From NCBI RefSeq assembly GCF_009914755.1, contig NC_060935.1: DNA of 64,000 bases; one strand, 5' to 3'. This stretch comes from the human T2T-CHM13v2.0 reference genome, Homo sapiens. The notes under the pieces were generated by a model. The model worked only from the letters and a program-made list of their open reading frames with translations, had not been told where the DNA came from and did not search any database. A program made the translations under genes and the position numbers. Position 1 is the stretch's first letter, and the number at the start of each line of letters is the position of its first letter. Positions 30,206-45,180 of the stretch are shown piece after piece.

Positions 30206-30599
30206 ATAATAAAGTAGATTTCAGAGCAAAGAAAATTACTTACAAAACAGGATGCATGTAATGATAAAAAGATCAATCTACCAGGAAGATACAATTCCAA
30301 ATGGGTAGCAACAAACAACTTTAAAATACAGAAAAGAAAAATCGATAAGCCTGAAAGGATTAATAAACAAATAATTATACATATTGAATTCAGCACTGTC
30401 CTATCAGCAACTGGTAGAACTACTAGACAGAAATTCAGCAATAACATGGAAAATCTGAACAACGCAATCAACCAGCAGGATTTTTTTTTTTTTACGTACA
30501 TGCCATACCACCCAACATCTGCAAAATGCACATATTTTTCCGATGTCCACAAAGTGTATATGAATATGGGCCATATACAGGATTATAAAACAAATCTCA

Positions 30600-30998
30600 G
30601 CCAAGTTCCTGTGGCTATGGATTCTTAACCAACAGTTGGTATTGTTAGTTTTTCAGCTTAGCCATTCCAATTGGTATACATTGGTTTTTCAGTTTTAATT
30701 CGCAAGTCGTTAAGACATGATCTTGAGTATCTTTTCATGTACTTATTTTTCATGTATACATCTTTGTGAAGAGTCTATAAGCAGTTTAATTGAAATATCT
30801 GGTTTCTTACTGGTGAGTTTTAATAGTTAGTTTTAATTTTGGATACAAGTCATTTATTAGATATGTGTTTTGCAAACATTTTATCCTTGTTTGTGACTTG
30901 CCTTCTGATTCTCTTAAAAATGTATCATACAAAACAAACTTTTATTTTAATAAAATTAAACACTGACTTTTTTGTGGATTTTGTTATTGGTATCTTAA
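30600..30998 (-). mobile_element. Antisense L1M fragment
   Basis: ttttggatacaagtcatttattagatatgtgttttgcaaacatttt motif. Confidence 0.7.
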
Positions 30999-31116
30999 GG
31001 GCCTCCATTTTTAAGACTAAAATAATTTATGAATGACAGCTTTCCTTTGTACCTTATTCATAGGTAATTGAGTCAGAATGCCTCTGTTAGGCTCTTTCTA
31101 AATAAGGCTGAAGTTG
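30982..31116 (+). repeat. 135-bp direct repeat, copy B
   Basis: See copy A at 27305-27439. Confidence 0.95.
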
Positions 31117-31348
31117 AAAAATACAGCAGAATTCTTTTTTCTAAAATTTAGGATTCAGAAAAGCTTAATATGTGGTGCTGAATAGCTACTTTCTTGATTA
31201 CTTGGAATATTAAAGGGTAAAATGAGATTTTAAGACAAAAATGTGATTGTCTCTTGCAATGCTGCTTTCTCATATAACCTCTCCACACCCTGCTGCTGTC
31301 CATTCAAATAGTTGATATTAATGATGCTTAGAAACTGAAGAGGTTATT

Positions 31349-31349
<1 letters not shown>

Positions 31350-31405
<56 letters not shown>
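31350..31405. repeat. (TA)n(CA)n microsatellite
   Basis: Direct reading. Confidence 0.95.
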
Positions 31406-31406
<1 letters not shown>

Positions 31407-31719
31407 TTACATATATGTGTATGTATTTAATTTTAGCTTCATGCATCTCTCTGAATCAATTGTTAGCTGACTGTTATGGAGTAGAGCAAAACATATTGCC
31501 TAACATCCTGCCACCCAAAAACTCACTTTCTATTCTTATGATTGTTCAGATCCTTCTAGACTTGTCTAATTGAGATAAAAATGGATCCTAGTTTACTTAA
31601 CAGATTAGACAACATGATATGATACATCAGCAATAGGAATAATGTTTAAGGGTGATCAGCAGTCATCCTTTAACAAAGACGTTTTAACAAGAATACCAAA
31701 GAACTGATGTGAAATTCTA

Positions 31720-31930
31720 TGCATAAAGTACTATTTTAAATGCAGTATGTTTTACATCATTTCCCATAAGAGGTACCTATTATCACCATTCCTATTTGAG
31801 AGATGAGAAAACAATGCCATTAATAGGTTAAATAACTTTGCTAATGTAACATGGTAGAAATCAGAGCAAAGATTTGTGCCGAGAAATCTTGTTTAAGTGT
31901 CCTCTCTTGTAAATACCTTGATATTCTGCC
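31720..31930 (-). mobile_element. MIR relic
   Basis: aggtacctattatcaccatt..agatgagaaaac..aggttaaataactttgc core. Confidence 0.6.
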
Positions 31931-33820
31931 TCTCTTAAAATAGGCACTCTGAACGTTGTAGGAATGAAGTCTGTGAGCAGAGTGAAGAATGAAGAAACGG
32001 ATTAAGATTGTTCTTGACAATTGGCTAATAGATCACTTTTTATTTGATTATTTGTTTCAATTTTAAAATATGTTAGTAATGGGACTGTCCTGGTATGGAT
32101 AGTCTAGGCATAGTTTCCTCTTAATGAGTTCAATTCATAGTTTGACCTTATTATGTCAGAAACAAAGGAAGCCCAGTTATCAAGGAAGGAGAATGGCTGG
32201 GAGTTAGCCGTAGAAGGTTTCACGAAAATAGTTAGTCTTCATGCCAATTATTATTTTCCCTTTCTCCACTAGGTCAAATCTGAAGAATGCACACATATAG
32301 TTAGCCTTCACAGATGTTCTTACCTTCCGACCCCATCCCAGTATAATTCTACCCAGCCTACTCTTATGCATTCTTTTCTCCACCCTTGGCATTGAGAAGT
32401 TACCCAATTTGACTATTTTATCAGAGGACTCATTCCTAAGTGATAAGGAAAATATTAGAACTGTTCTACATCTTCATTATATAAGTAGTTTTACAGTTGT
32501 ATACATTTTTCAAAATGCAGCATTTTGCTGACAATCACTCTTCAATAAAAGCATAGGATAAAATACAATTTGATATGAAAATCAAATTAGATGAACTCAT
32601 TAAAAGCTATAGATCTGCCAGCAATGCCAGGAGTTGAATAATTCATCAGCTATTTATCACACTTACCCTACCACATTACTGTTGTTGTTTTTTGTTTCTG
32701 TTTGAATTTTGCAAAAGGATTACACTTTCCCAACTGTGAGATTTGAGAAGCTGAATTGCAATTTTATTAATATGGAGCCTTTGTTACCTAAATTAGCAGA
32801 AAGTGCTTTAGCTAAGATTATAGCCAGTGCTCACATGAAGGGACTTCATTATCACATTTGAAAAAAGAACATTTATCATAAACACTCGGTTTATTTATTT
32901 GATAGAGCAGGGAATGAAGAATAAAATGAATCATTCCAAGATTGTAGACAACAGAGAGATAGATGTTTTTATTTTAATTGCCTGATCTATAAATTTTGAA
33001 GCAAATGGGAGGGGTTTAAACAATGTTAATCAGAAGATAATAAAACCTAAAGTAAATTTATTCTCAGTAAGTGGATGGGCCTCACATAAATGAAAGAAAA
33101 GGGGAGAGGGGAAGGAATGAGCAAAATAAGTACATAAATATACATATATTTAAACATAATTAAGTAGTAGTAAACTCAGTAAAGCTTAAATTGTACTAAA
33201 TAGAAATAATATTATATCAACTAGGCTATCCTTTGCTTCTGTTAAATATAATACAATCTGGCTATTTAAATAATTTGTTACCAATTTATTTTCAAATGTA
33301 TACATTACTAAAGCATTCATTTATAAATTATTAATGCATTTATTCATCTATTTCTTAAGTTCATATTATATGCCAGCAACTATATTAAATGCTGCAAATA
33401 GCTATGAGGAATGAGGTATATCTCTTATATTAAGTCACTTGCCATCTACTTTATAGGCAATATCTGATTATTTTATATGTGGTTAGAGCAAGTAAGAACA
33501 TGTAACAGATCTTAGAATCTGTGTCTATTAGGATGCAACACTCTTCCATGGACAAGAATATAAGCTTTCTAAATACTTGCATACTAAATAGAAAACAAAA
33601 TAAACTTAATTTTGAATTTACAAATCTATTAAAACCTTTATTAATTTAACAAATTAATAAGATACTAATTTGACATTTTAAAAAAATATATAGGTTGTGA
33701 ACGCATCATATTCATTAATATTCATTCATCTGATAATACTTTTTTTATCTGATAATAATGCCACCGTGGATTTTCTAAATTGCCATTTTCCTAAAAAAAA
33801 AAAAAAAAAAACAGTGATTT

Positions 33821-34193
<373 letters not shown>

Positions 34194-34492
34194 CTAACAG
34201 TTATCATATAATGCTTTATAGTTATCATTACAATTTTAAGAAAAAAATATACAAGGAACTCCATGTATCCTTTATAATCCACTATGGTTTTTTTGGTAAG
34301 ACTTACACAATTGTACATTCAGTGTTTACTGTTATTTATATTATATTTAAGCTCTAATGTGTCTAAATCTCAGGAAATCCATGTGACATTCTTTAATTTA
34401 CTAACTAGTAGTCTTAGGTTTAGAATTAGAAAACCTTGGCTTCAAGACCTAGCTCAGTCCCTTCAGAATTTAGAGCTAACATTTCTGGTTTG

Positions 34493-34493
<1 letters not shown>

Positions 34494-34548
<55 letters not shown>
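34494..34548. repeat. (CA)n microsatellite
   Basis: Direct reading. Confidence 0.95.
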
Positions 34549-35423
34549 AAATTAACAACAACAAAAACCTTTTCTCCTTCCTTTCTTCCTGACTCCCCTT
34601 TTTTCCTTACTCTCTGATGTTCCTTTAATATCTTCCTTACGGCATTCTTACTTTGTTGTTAGCAAAGTTCTCAATTTTACTGTGTAAATTGCATTTCTCA
34701 TCCCAGCCTCCTTTCCATATAAGGGTGAGCATATGACATATGCTTATAATAATGAGAGGTGAGAATTTTTGGATGAGGCTTCTGGGAATCTCTTCTTAAA
34801 ATGGGAGAAAAGACTAGTTAGAATATTTTTACATTTGTTGTTTTCCTTCTTCACTGCAAAGAACACTAGATGCTAGAATTGGAACATGTGTCTTTCCATT
34901 ATGAACCAAAGAGCACATGCTAAAGGTTACTGAACATATAAAATATAAAATTTCAGAATTCTGATGGCATCAAGGAATTAGTATCCTAGTTTACCTACTT
35001 CCCAAATTCTGTGTGAGAAAAATAAAATACTCATTTCACCTTAGCCACTGTTCCCAGATTTGTTATTTGCAGTTAAATGTAATTACTGATAAGCTAATTA
35101 TGTCACCATTAGTAGATACTACCCCATTGTGAACATTTATTTTTATTCATTCATAAAATAAGTGTAATAAAATTAATTGTCTTAATGAGAATAATGGAAC
35201 GATTAAATAGAAAATATGTATAAAGTGTTCAACATGATGCTTGACAAAGAATCTGTAATTATTGAAGTTATGTACCATTTGAGAGAAAAGACTTCCTGCT
35301 CTCTAATTTTTATGTTATATTTGAGGAAAATTTTTAATAATTAAGTATGTTACTTTAAGATAGAGATAAATAAGTGTCTCTTTGTAAGTGCAACTAATCT
35401 GCAATATAGAAATTATAAGACAT

Positions 35424-35737
35424 GGCCAGGCACGGTGACTCATGCCTATAATCCTGGCACTTTAGGAGGCCAAGGTGGGTGGATCACCTGAGGTCAGGAG
35501 TTTGAGACCAGCCTGACTAACATGGTGAAACCCCATCTCTACTAAAAATACAAAAATTATCTGGGTGTGGTGGTGGGCGCCTGTAATCCTAGCTATTCAG
35601 GAGGCTGAGGCAGGAAGATCGATTGAGGCAGGAAGATCGATTGAACCCGGGAAGTGGAGGTTGCAGTGAGCTGAGATCATACCACTGCACTATAGCTTGG
35701 GCAAGAGAGTGAGACCCCATCTCAAAAAAAAAAAAAA
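35424..35737 (+). mobile_element. AluSx-like SINE with 18-bp internal tandem duplication
   Basis: Perfect 16-bp TSD agaaattataagacat (35408-23 / 35738-53); tgaggcaggaagatcgat twice at 35606-35641. Confidence 0.97.
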
Positions 35738-37934
35738 AGAAATTATAAGACATAGTTTTGTTAAATTACTCTGAATATATGCCCTTGAAAAGTCTCTCAT
35801 GGAACAATCAAAATACAGAGAGAAACATTTCTTATTTCTTTTAAATTTGGATATATGAAAGCTTTAACGAAGTCAAAATTTTAAGAAAGGGTACAATCAG
35901 ATATTGCGTAACTTATAAATGAATATAGTTAGTTTGGTTAATTTTTACAAAGCTCTAAAAAGGCAGAAGTGATGCTAATTTACACAGCTGAATTGTTTCA
36001 GATAAACAATGACTTAAAAGCAATTACTCTGGCCAATCTGCTATAATTATAAAAGGCTCTTTTAAGCAAAATTCATCTGACTAAGGAAATATAAACACAA
36101 GGGATGAAATTTTAGTTCTTTTTTAAGATTATGTATTATTTATTCATTTATTGTTTTAGGAGATTTTTCCTCAACAGAGATATTAATTTCTTCTGATTTA
36201 AAATAGAATTAAATTTATTTTACATAATTATATTCACTTCATTTATATTTCAAGTATATCACGGAACTTCAAAATGAAAAGTTCATTAGAATGCTAATAC
36301 TGAAGACTTCAAAACAAAAAAATCCCTCTGTGCACATAACTAAATTAACTGCTTGATTAGCTCAATTTATCACATTCTTTTTCTCTTTCACCAATGCCAT
36401 TTTTTTTTTAGATTCACTCAAGAAGTTCTCTATGATTCATTGGAAAAGGAAATACTTTTCTTGGTTTATTTAGTTGACTTGTTATCAGGTGTAAACTTTG
36501 CAGTTTTAATTTTCCTGCTGTCAATTATTTCCAAAAAGTAATTTTTAAAATTGTCCACCAGGCATAAATTGTTTAAATGCATATTCTCCTCATCAAAGCC
36601 CTCTAAAAATTCTGCAATCTGCAATTCATTGCTTAAAATATAAAATATGTCATAATATTTATAATATATAATAAATACATTAAGAAACAATAAAGCAGTC
36701 CTAAATGAGGGATGTTGTTAGAGCTCTAAAATGCAAGTATTATATAAAAAAGATTCAAAGGTGTGTTTATTGTAACTCGAAAAATGGGATGAGGAAATAT
36801 ATCCTCCCCTTAGGTTAAATATAGGTTTACATAATTTATTTGTTGTTTTGGTTAAAATATTTAATGAATGTTAAATGCATACATAGCACCATAATTAAAT
36901 AAAGGATAAGCATGTGAATAACTTGAAATGAGGATCTCTGCCCAATTCATTGTTGTTTCCCTAGTCTCCAACATCATGTAAGAAAAAGAAAAAGGAAACA
37001 GACTGAGAAATGAGAAGAAAGAGAAGGGGATCAAGAAAAGGAGTAAAGAAAAGGGAGTGTTCAATCGCAGGTTGATTAGAAGCATGGCCTGTGGCAGAAA
37101 ATAAGCCTACTGGCTCTCATACTTAAGCATGTTTCTGGCCTCATTTTTCTCTTCCGAATAAGGGGGATAATACTATTCACTTCTTAACATCCTCATGAAA
37201 ATTAAATGAGATAATCTCTATAAAGTATCTGACATAAAAGAAACAAAAATGATAATTAGTATATCTGGCAAAATATATCATAGGAGTAGTCAATCTTGAA
37301 GCAGATTTTTTCGTAAATCCTTGTTGATAACTTGAATGAAGGAATCAAGATCAAGCCAAACTTATCTGACAAAGGAGTGGATTGAGTTCACAATGTAAAA
37401 TCCCCATATTACAGAGGCAAATAACAGAGTTAGAAACAGTACAAATACGGAATAAGAAAGAACTGGCTAAAGAAATTTTTAAAAAGAAAAATAAATAATA
37501 AATGAATAAAGTAGGCCACAGTAGGCAAGCTAAGTATAATTACAATAAAATGTTAAATTTGAATAGTTAGCAATTTGTAAGTCAGCCTTTCTTTTCATTG
37601 TGCATTGAACAATTCCTCTTAAGAACCCTGGGTCCTGCCTCAGTTACCTGAATTTTAAAGCATAAGCTAACACTGAGAAATGTCTGAGAATATGTGATAT
37701 AGAATCAAACCCATATGAGGAAAAAACAAATATTTTAAGCTCTTTGACTCGGCAAATACACTGTGAAGTGATATGATTAGTAATGCTATGTGTTTTTCTC
37801 AACAGTCAAGTGAGTTGCCAAAGCAAATATTTCACCAAAGTTTGACAGGAAAGAAAGACTATGCAAGACCACTGTAATAGAGATGAGAGGCCAGAACTCT
37901 GTGCTAAAACAAAGGGTGAGTTGGGGGTGGGGGG

Positions 37935-38935
37935 TGTGATGTGAAATAATAAGAAATATATATTTGTTCTCTGTTCCCAGTTTCTGAGAGTGTTCCTAAA
38001 ACCCTTGTAGGTAAGGGTGTTGGGGGAATGTTTTGTTTTAACATTTGAGCTTTTGGCCATAGTTACCAACACAGAGCTCCTGAGACATTTGTAATATCCT
38101 GAATGATAGGAGGGATTGACATAGAACTCCTGAATCTCTTGAAATTTCCTGGGTTAGTTGAGTATCTTTTGTTCTAAAGACATGCTTCATAGTGGGCTCC
38201 TGGATGGAAACAGGTCGGGAGTAAAATCAACCATGTGATTAGAGGGTTGGCACTTTCACTCCCACAGCCTGACCTTTAGCAGAGGACAGGGGCTGAACAT
38301 TGAGTTGGTCACCAATGTTCAACTGATGTTGTCATCATGCCTATGTAATGAAGCCTCTATAAAAACCCAAAAGGACAGCCTTCAGAGAGCTTCCAGATTG
38401 CTGAACATGTGGTGATCCCTGGAGGGTGGCACACTCGGAGAGGGCATGGAAGCTTCATCCCACTTCCCACATACTTTGCCCCAGGCATCCCTTCTACATG
38501 ACTGTACATCTGTATTCTTTGTAATATCCTTTATTGATATAATGAAACAATAAATTTAATCAAGTTGTTTCCGTGGGTTCTGTGAACCACCCTAGCAAAT
38601 TAATAGAACCTGAAGAGTGGGTCATGAGAACCCCAATTTATAGTTGGTTGGGCAGAAGTACAGTTCACAGCCTGGGTCTTGTAATTGGCATCTAAAGTAG
38701 GGTGCACTCTTTTGGGACTGAGCCCTTAACCTGTGGAACCTGAGTCTAATTCCAGGTAGATGGCATCAGAAGTAAATTCAAAGATAGGATAGCCAGTTGG
38801 TATCCACTGGAGAATTGCCTGTTGTGTGAGGAAGAACTCACACACATTTCGGTGACCAGAAGTGAAGTGTTTTGTGTTGCGGTGGTGTATTGAGTGTGAG
38901 TAGAGAAAATGCTTTGGTTTTTCTCTTCTCCTACA
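37935..38935 (+). mobile_element. MER21-family LTR
   Basis: tgtgatgtgaaataataagaaatatatatttg..cctaaaacccttg start; acagagctcct repeats; ends ..ctcctaca; G-rich flanks on both sides. Confidence 0.8.
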
Positions 38936-39176
38936 AGGGGATGGAGAGTTAAGCACTATGGTAAGCTAGTGGAAAAATATTGGACGGCATTAGTGATCAA
39001 TGGGATTTGTGAAGCATATTGAGTCAATTCCTGAGTGCAAATATTTCTCTCTGTGATTAAGCCATCTGTGTTTCATAACTGATGCCCATGGAAGATAACC
39101 TCCTAACCTCCTAGGAAGATAGGGTCATTATCTTTTGTAGTGATTGCACATCAAAGAAATGGCCCTCAGGTCCTTA

Positions 39177-39443
<267 letters not shown>

Positions 39444-41077
39444 TTATACAAAGAAAATGCTCTAAGAAAAGGGAGGTCAGGACCTAGAATCAAGAATGAG
39501 CTCGTCTATAATTTAGTCAGGTGAGAGAACTGTTAAGGTTATCTTGGTCAGAGAGTTTGTTTTCCAAGTCGAAAATAAGGCAGTAAAAGAAAGATGAAAA
39601 AAAAAGAAAAAGAGAAGAAGTACAGCAGAAAAGAAAAATAAGATCTTAAGAATAGAGATTTTTGTTAGAATATCAAGATTCTTAAAATGAGTTGTGATTT
39701 TGAGTCTGTTACATGTGTAATAAAATATTGGAAGACATGGCTTGGAGGAATTTTATAGTATCTATCCATGATAAGCAAAACAGCTATTTTTCCTAGATGT
39801 TTTACACTTATTACTCCTGAAAGGTGGCAAAGTGGACCAAGGAATCTTTCCTTTTGTGCTGTATAATTTAATGAAAATATTAATCACCCTTAATTTACTA
39901 ACCCTAAGAGAACAAACTAGTTGCATGATCACTACATAGAGTCACAGAGTATAGTAACTCAGGGTAGAAATTGAGTTCTTATTTAGTATGATGAAATGTA
40001 CCTTCCAGTTAATAAGAATAGTTGACATTCATCAAGCATTCACACTTGCCAAACAATGTTGTAGACCCTTTATGTACATTTTATTAAAATTTACTCCTTG
40101 GAGAAACTTACATATTTTCACTATTTTTATTGCCATTTGGCATCTTTTATGATCAGAATTGGGAAAGAACATACACTAGTAAATTTGAAATCTGGGCTCT
40201 AAACCCAAGCAGATATGACTTCAAACCCCTAGCTCTTATTCATCCTTTTTAGCATGAGTTAGGATTTGCAGTACTGTAAGAATCAAAAAATATGGGACTG
40301 TCATGGGCTTGAGGAATGTAGAAGAATGGTTATTTCCAATAAGTAACAGGGATTCCAAGGTTAACTGGTGTAATCTTTTTTATTCATTTAAAGTAGTCAT
40401 GCTTATTTCTTAGACATTTCCTGCTGAAATGACACATTTGAAAATATTATGGATTTACTGTATATATTTATTATTTCATTTTTGCCCACCCTTTATGACA
40501 TGGTAATGTGTTCTAGTTACAAGCCAGTTGAAAGTCAACCAGATAATAAAGCAGTGTTTCTCTTTGGCTTAATAACTCATCAATATAGGAAATTGAGTCT
40601 GCTCTCTGTGGTTGAACCTTGACAGGTTCAGTAGTCTCTGCATGTTGAGATATTACTTTTCTAACAATAAAACAATATTTAAGTAATTACATGATATATT
40701 TTTGGAGTAGAAAAAAATTGCTGGAAGCAGAGAGAGAGAGATCATTATGAAATGATACTACCGAATTTTCATGTCTCATTTTACTCATAGGTGCCATCAG
40801 TCTTAATGATGATTATCCTCTTTCATCTCATGGCAATTTTATGTTGCTGATGAACATAATGTCCACTATACAACAGTGCACATTCATATGTGTTGTTCCA
40901 TTTACTACTTAACCTACTAATAAAAGGTCATGTTACAATAATTCACAAAAGACAGTTTAGAAAGAGTATCACAACTCAATGTTTAGTTCTTTTCCCCAAA
41001 ATAGGTGATTTGGCTTATGTATCAGGCATCCTCAGTGGAAATAGTCCTTCTGAAAATGGTTTCTTAGAAATACTTCA

Positions 41078-41392
<315 letters not shown>

Positions 41393-41807
41393 TCAGAAGC
41401 AGAGGCACAAAAGCCATTATTCTGAAAAGAAAACTTGGGGTTAAGCAGTATCCTAACAATAACAACGTGGGGATTTCTGTGGCTCATTGATGGAAATGGT
41501 TCTCATAATCTGGTGAAATCATTCAAGTGGAATTTACATAGACATTCTGTAGTTGCTCTTTCTTAAGAAATTTGAAATAGGTACTTTTGGACTTCAAAAC
41601 CTTTAGCCAAATAGTTAAAGGTGTGATAAAAACAATTTTACATTTTTTCTATGTCATCTGTATATGGTGCTTTATTTATAACACTGATATCAAATTGCCC
41701 ATTCATTGCTTATTGTTCTATACCAGGAATAGCATACACCTAGATTAAATGCTACCACTTCCTCTCCAACCTAAAACTCTACTTCAGCATCCTTTTCAAA
41801 ATCAGCT

Positions 41808-44800
41808 AGACCACTGACCCTGCGAAGCCACCCTGGCTGTCCTCCCAAGTCCTGATGGGTGGGGAAACTGCCCTGAGGAGGCTGGGAGGGGAGGGCATGA
41901 TGCTGAACTTCTGTGCAGCCCCCAACTGCAAGCAGAGGAGCATGTGGCTGGACCTGGCCTTCTTCAAGTTCCTGCAGTATCGGGCCAGAGCCCAGAAGTG
42001 AGTGAAGAATTGTTGGAGAGCAGACTTAGAAGATAAAATGCCTGACCAACTAAATAAACCTTATTGATCATGTGCCAAATACTTTGAGACCTCTGTGATC
42101 GGTAGAAATGTAAATTTTGCAGAAACATCAGAAAAATTCAGAATGATTGGGTTATTTTATTTCTCAAAATTAATTGAAGCAGATATTTGTGAAGTAATTG
42201 GGAGAGTCCTTATAGGACTGTTCTTCAATACAATGCAATACCAACAATATTTGTTCTTACCAATCATTTAAACAATTCAAATAATAGACACACAAAATGA
42301 ATAAAAGAATTGAATGAAGATGAAATCAAGACAGTGAAACAGAGAAAAATTTATGAAACTCTGAACAGGAACAAAAACATAAACTAACAACAGCAATGCT
42401 CAGAACCCCACTGCAGAAGAAGGGGATGAAGAGCAAGATGAGGACATCTTACCTGTGACCCTTGAGGACAAGGAAAACAAAGAATGCCTAAAATCTCTAT
42501 TTGAAGTCTTGATTGTTATGGGATAGCAAAATGTGTCGCTGAATGGACATGAGGCTAATGAAATCACAGGAGGTCTCTTTACTCAAGATAACTTTCAAGC
42601 AATGCTAGAGTGCCTGATAAATTCTGGTGCGGAGGTCCTGAGAAAGCACTTTGAGACAACAGCAGTTAACACATTGTTATGTTTGAAAACACAGCAGAAA
42701 CAGATGCTAGAGATCTGTGAGGGCTGTATTCAGGGAGAAACTCTCAGAGAAGTGAGAGACTCACACTTCTTTTCTATCATCACTGACAATGTAGTGGACA
42801 TAGCAGGAGAGAGCATCTAACCTGTGTTGGTGAGGTTGATGAATCTCATAAACTGAGAGGAACTTGTAGACTTCCTGGCTTATGAAGCTGATGCAGAAAT
42901 TTTGGCTGTGAGATTTTACACTGTGACAACTGAGAAGCAGGGACTAAATATGGAGTATTGTCATAGCCTGGCTTACATTGTTTCCAGTGGATTTTCTTCC
43001 AAAATGAAAGTTGTCACTTGTAGAGTTTTAGAGAATGCTAGAAGCAACACTCCGCAGGCTATCTACACTTTCTGACCTTATTGTGCCTTAAATATGTGTT
43101 GGGCTAAATCAGTGCCTGTTATTTGAGTATCTGTTGCGTTAGGAACAATTGAGGAAGTTTATTCTTTTTACCATAGATCACCACAACTGCTTGTAGAACT
43201 TTACAATGTAATTTCTATTCTTTTTCAGAACAATGAAGAAAGGGGTAAACAAACTGAAGGGAATTTGCCATTCTCAGTGAACAGTCAGGGATGATGATTC
43301 TGAAATTTTAGTGGACCTCCTGTAAGCACTTGTTTTATGTTTAGATGGTATAAGTAGTGACACAAATATTAGATGGTATAACAGTATAGATGGCCAAGCA
43401 TTTGTGCTCTGCAGTGTAGTAACAGATTTTGATTTCATGGTTACTATTGCTGTTATTTAAAATGTCTTAACTTTTACAAGAGCCTTGGGAAAACAATCTC
43501 CAGGGGCAAACCTCTGATGTCTTCTTTGCAGCCAGTCGTTTGACTGCTGTATTGCATTCACTCAATGAAGTGAAGGAAAACATTAAAGTTTATGAGGAGT
43601 TTTGGTTTGAGGAAGCCATGAATTTGGCAGCCAAACTTGATATGCAGATGAATCTCCCTGGGAAATTCCACAGAGCTCAGCAAGGTAACTGGGAATCTCA
43701 ACTAACCTCTGAGTTACTGTAAAGAAACCCTAAGTGTTCCAACAGTGGAGCACATTATTCAGGTACTTAACGATATATTCCCAGAACAGCATCTCAGAGC
43801 CCTTAAATGCTTAGCTCTGGGATCCTCAGTCACGAGATAACTCAAATTTCATACATCAGAGGAACACCATGCCAACATGTACAGAAGTAACTTACTTAGT
43901 CCTGGCAAGCTCTCAGCCGAGCTTCATTGTTGGAGAATCAAGTGGAAACACATAAGGGAAGATATAAAGCTTCCATTCACCATTTATGAAGTCCTCTATC
44001 TGCCTGACATCAAGTTTTTTCCTAGTGTGTATGCATTGCTGTATGACCTGTGTATTCTTCCTGTGACGAAGGTTGAGAATGAGTGGTATGAAAGCATACT
44101 TGAGGAACACTTTGACCAACCAAACTTAAGAGTAACCATGCTTTGCATAACATAAATTTTGATATGAAACATGATCTGAATGTAATGGTGGACACATATA
44201 TTAAACTCCATACAACTATGTCAGAACTTCCTACAGATAATTCAAAAACCATTGAAAATACCTAGGGGACTTTTAAAAATAGCCTTTCTCACATTTGATA
44301 CTTGGAAGAAAAGCCTTAAGGTGTATGAAGGCCACTTAATAACGAAATATCTTTGCCTGTAGCCCTCCATTGACTATATTAGCCATTGATAATCTACCTA
44401 TTTAAATGATCCCTATTTAAACTCTCATGCTTTGAAGACCTATCTGTTCTTCCAGAAAATAACATTGAAAGTGCCGTGTTTGAGTTCTGTGTGATCTCTT
44501 CTAGTGGCACTCTGGAATTGTTTTAGTGAAGTGATTTTAGACATGACACTTATTATTACAGTGGATCTCTAGTTCTTGGGTGTTGACAATTGTTTGAAGA
44601 AATATATTCTGAGGAGGTGTGGGAGAAAGGAATACATTTTATAAAATGTTACAGTGAAGCCCACAATTGATCTTTGACTAATAGGAGATTTTAGTATGTT
44701 GTTAAACATCTGCACTGGACAGTTACCAGAAAGAAGCTTGTGAGCTTGCCAAAAGAGAATTTCACTGTAGATTTTGTCTCTCTCAAATGAACTTAAAGGA

Positions 44801-45180
44801 ATGAATTACAGTTAAAATTAGAATGGAAGAGCCTGCCATTGTTGTTCAACATCTGGTTGTTGCTGTTTACATTTTTTTGTGGAGCTTACATCTTCCTAAG
44901 CTTTGTAGCAGGTATATGTTGAAGACTTCTGTTTCATGGTTAAGGCAGAACCAGAGGCTGGGGTACTGACAACTGACTTGTCTGTTTTTTTCTCTATTTT
45001 TCCATGATTATATCTACTGTCTCGTCTTTGTTTACAAGCAAAACCTGGGAAACTTACAAAAACAAGTGCTTTGTTGTTTATCTAGAAATAATATGGAAAA
45101 TTTTATTATTATTTTTGGTGAAGAAAATCAATTTGCATAGGTTATTTCAATCTAAATTAAATGTGAATTTTATTTTTTAA
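41808..45180 (+). pseudogene. THAP12: Processed pseudogene of THAP12 (PRKRIR/P52rIPK; THAP zinc finger plus hAT-transposase-derived protein)
   Basis: ATG 41900 (MLNFCAAPNC vs MPNFCAAPNC) to TAG 44263-65 (..SELPTDNSKTIENT*); track ORFs 42533, 43540 and 43877 match THAP12 (HFFSIITDNVVDIAGE, LSAELHCWRIKWKH); intronless apart from a 95-nt insert; many stops and frameshifts; 5'UTR and 3'UTR present; degenerate TSD aaaatcagct (41798-807) / aaagtcaact (45181-90). Confidence 0.96.

Noticed and set aside
36240-36690. AT-rich ORF (LSNELQIAEFLEGFDEE) faintly resembling a decayed piggyBac-like transposase
   Set aside because: No convincing TIRs or TTAA TSD and similarity too weak to support without an HMM search
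41900-44265. hAT transposase or DNA transposon, or an intact THAP gene
   Set aside because: It is a retrocopy of domesticated THAP12 with mRNA UTRs, no TIRs and disrupted frames (TGA at the KW tryptophan, ~41998-42000)
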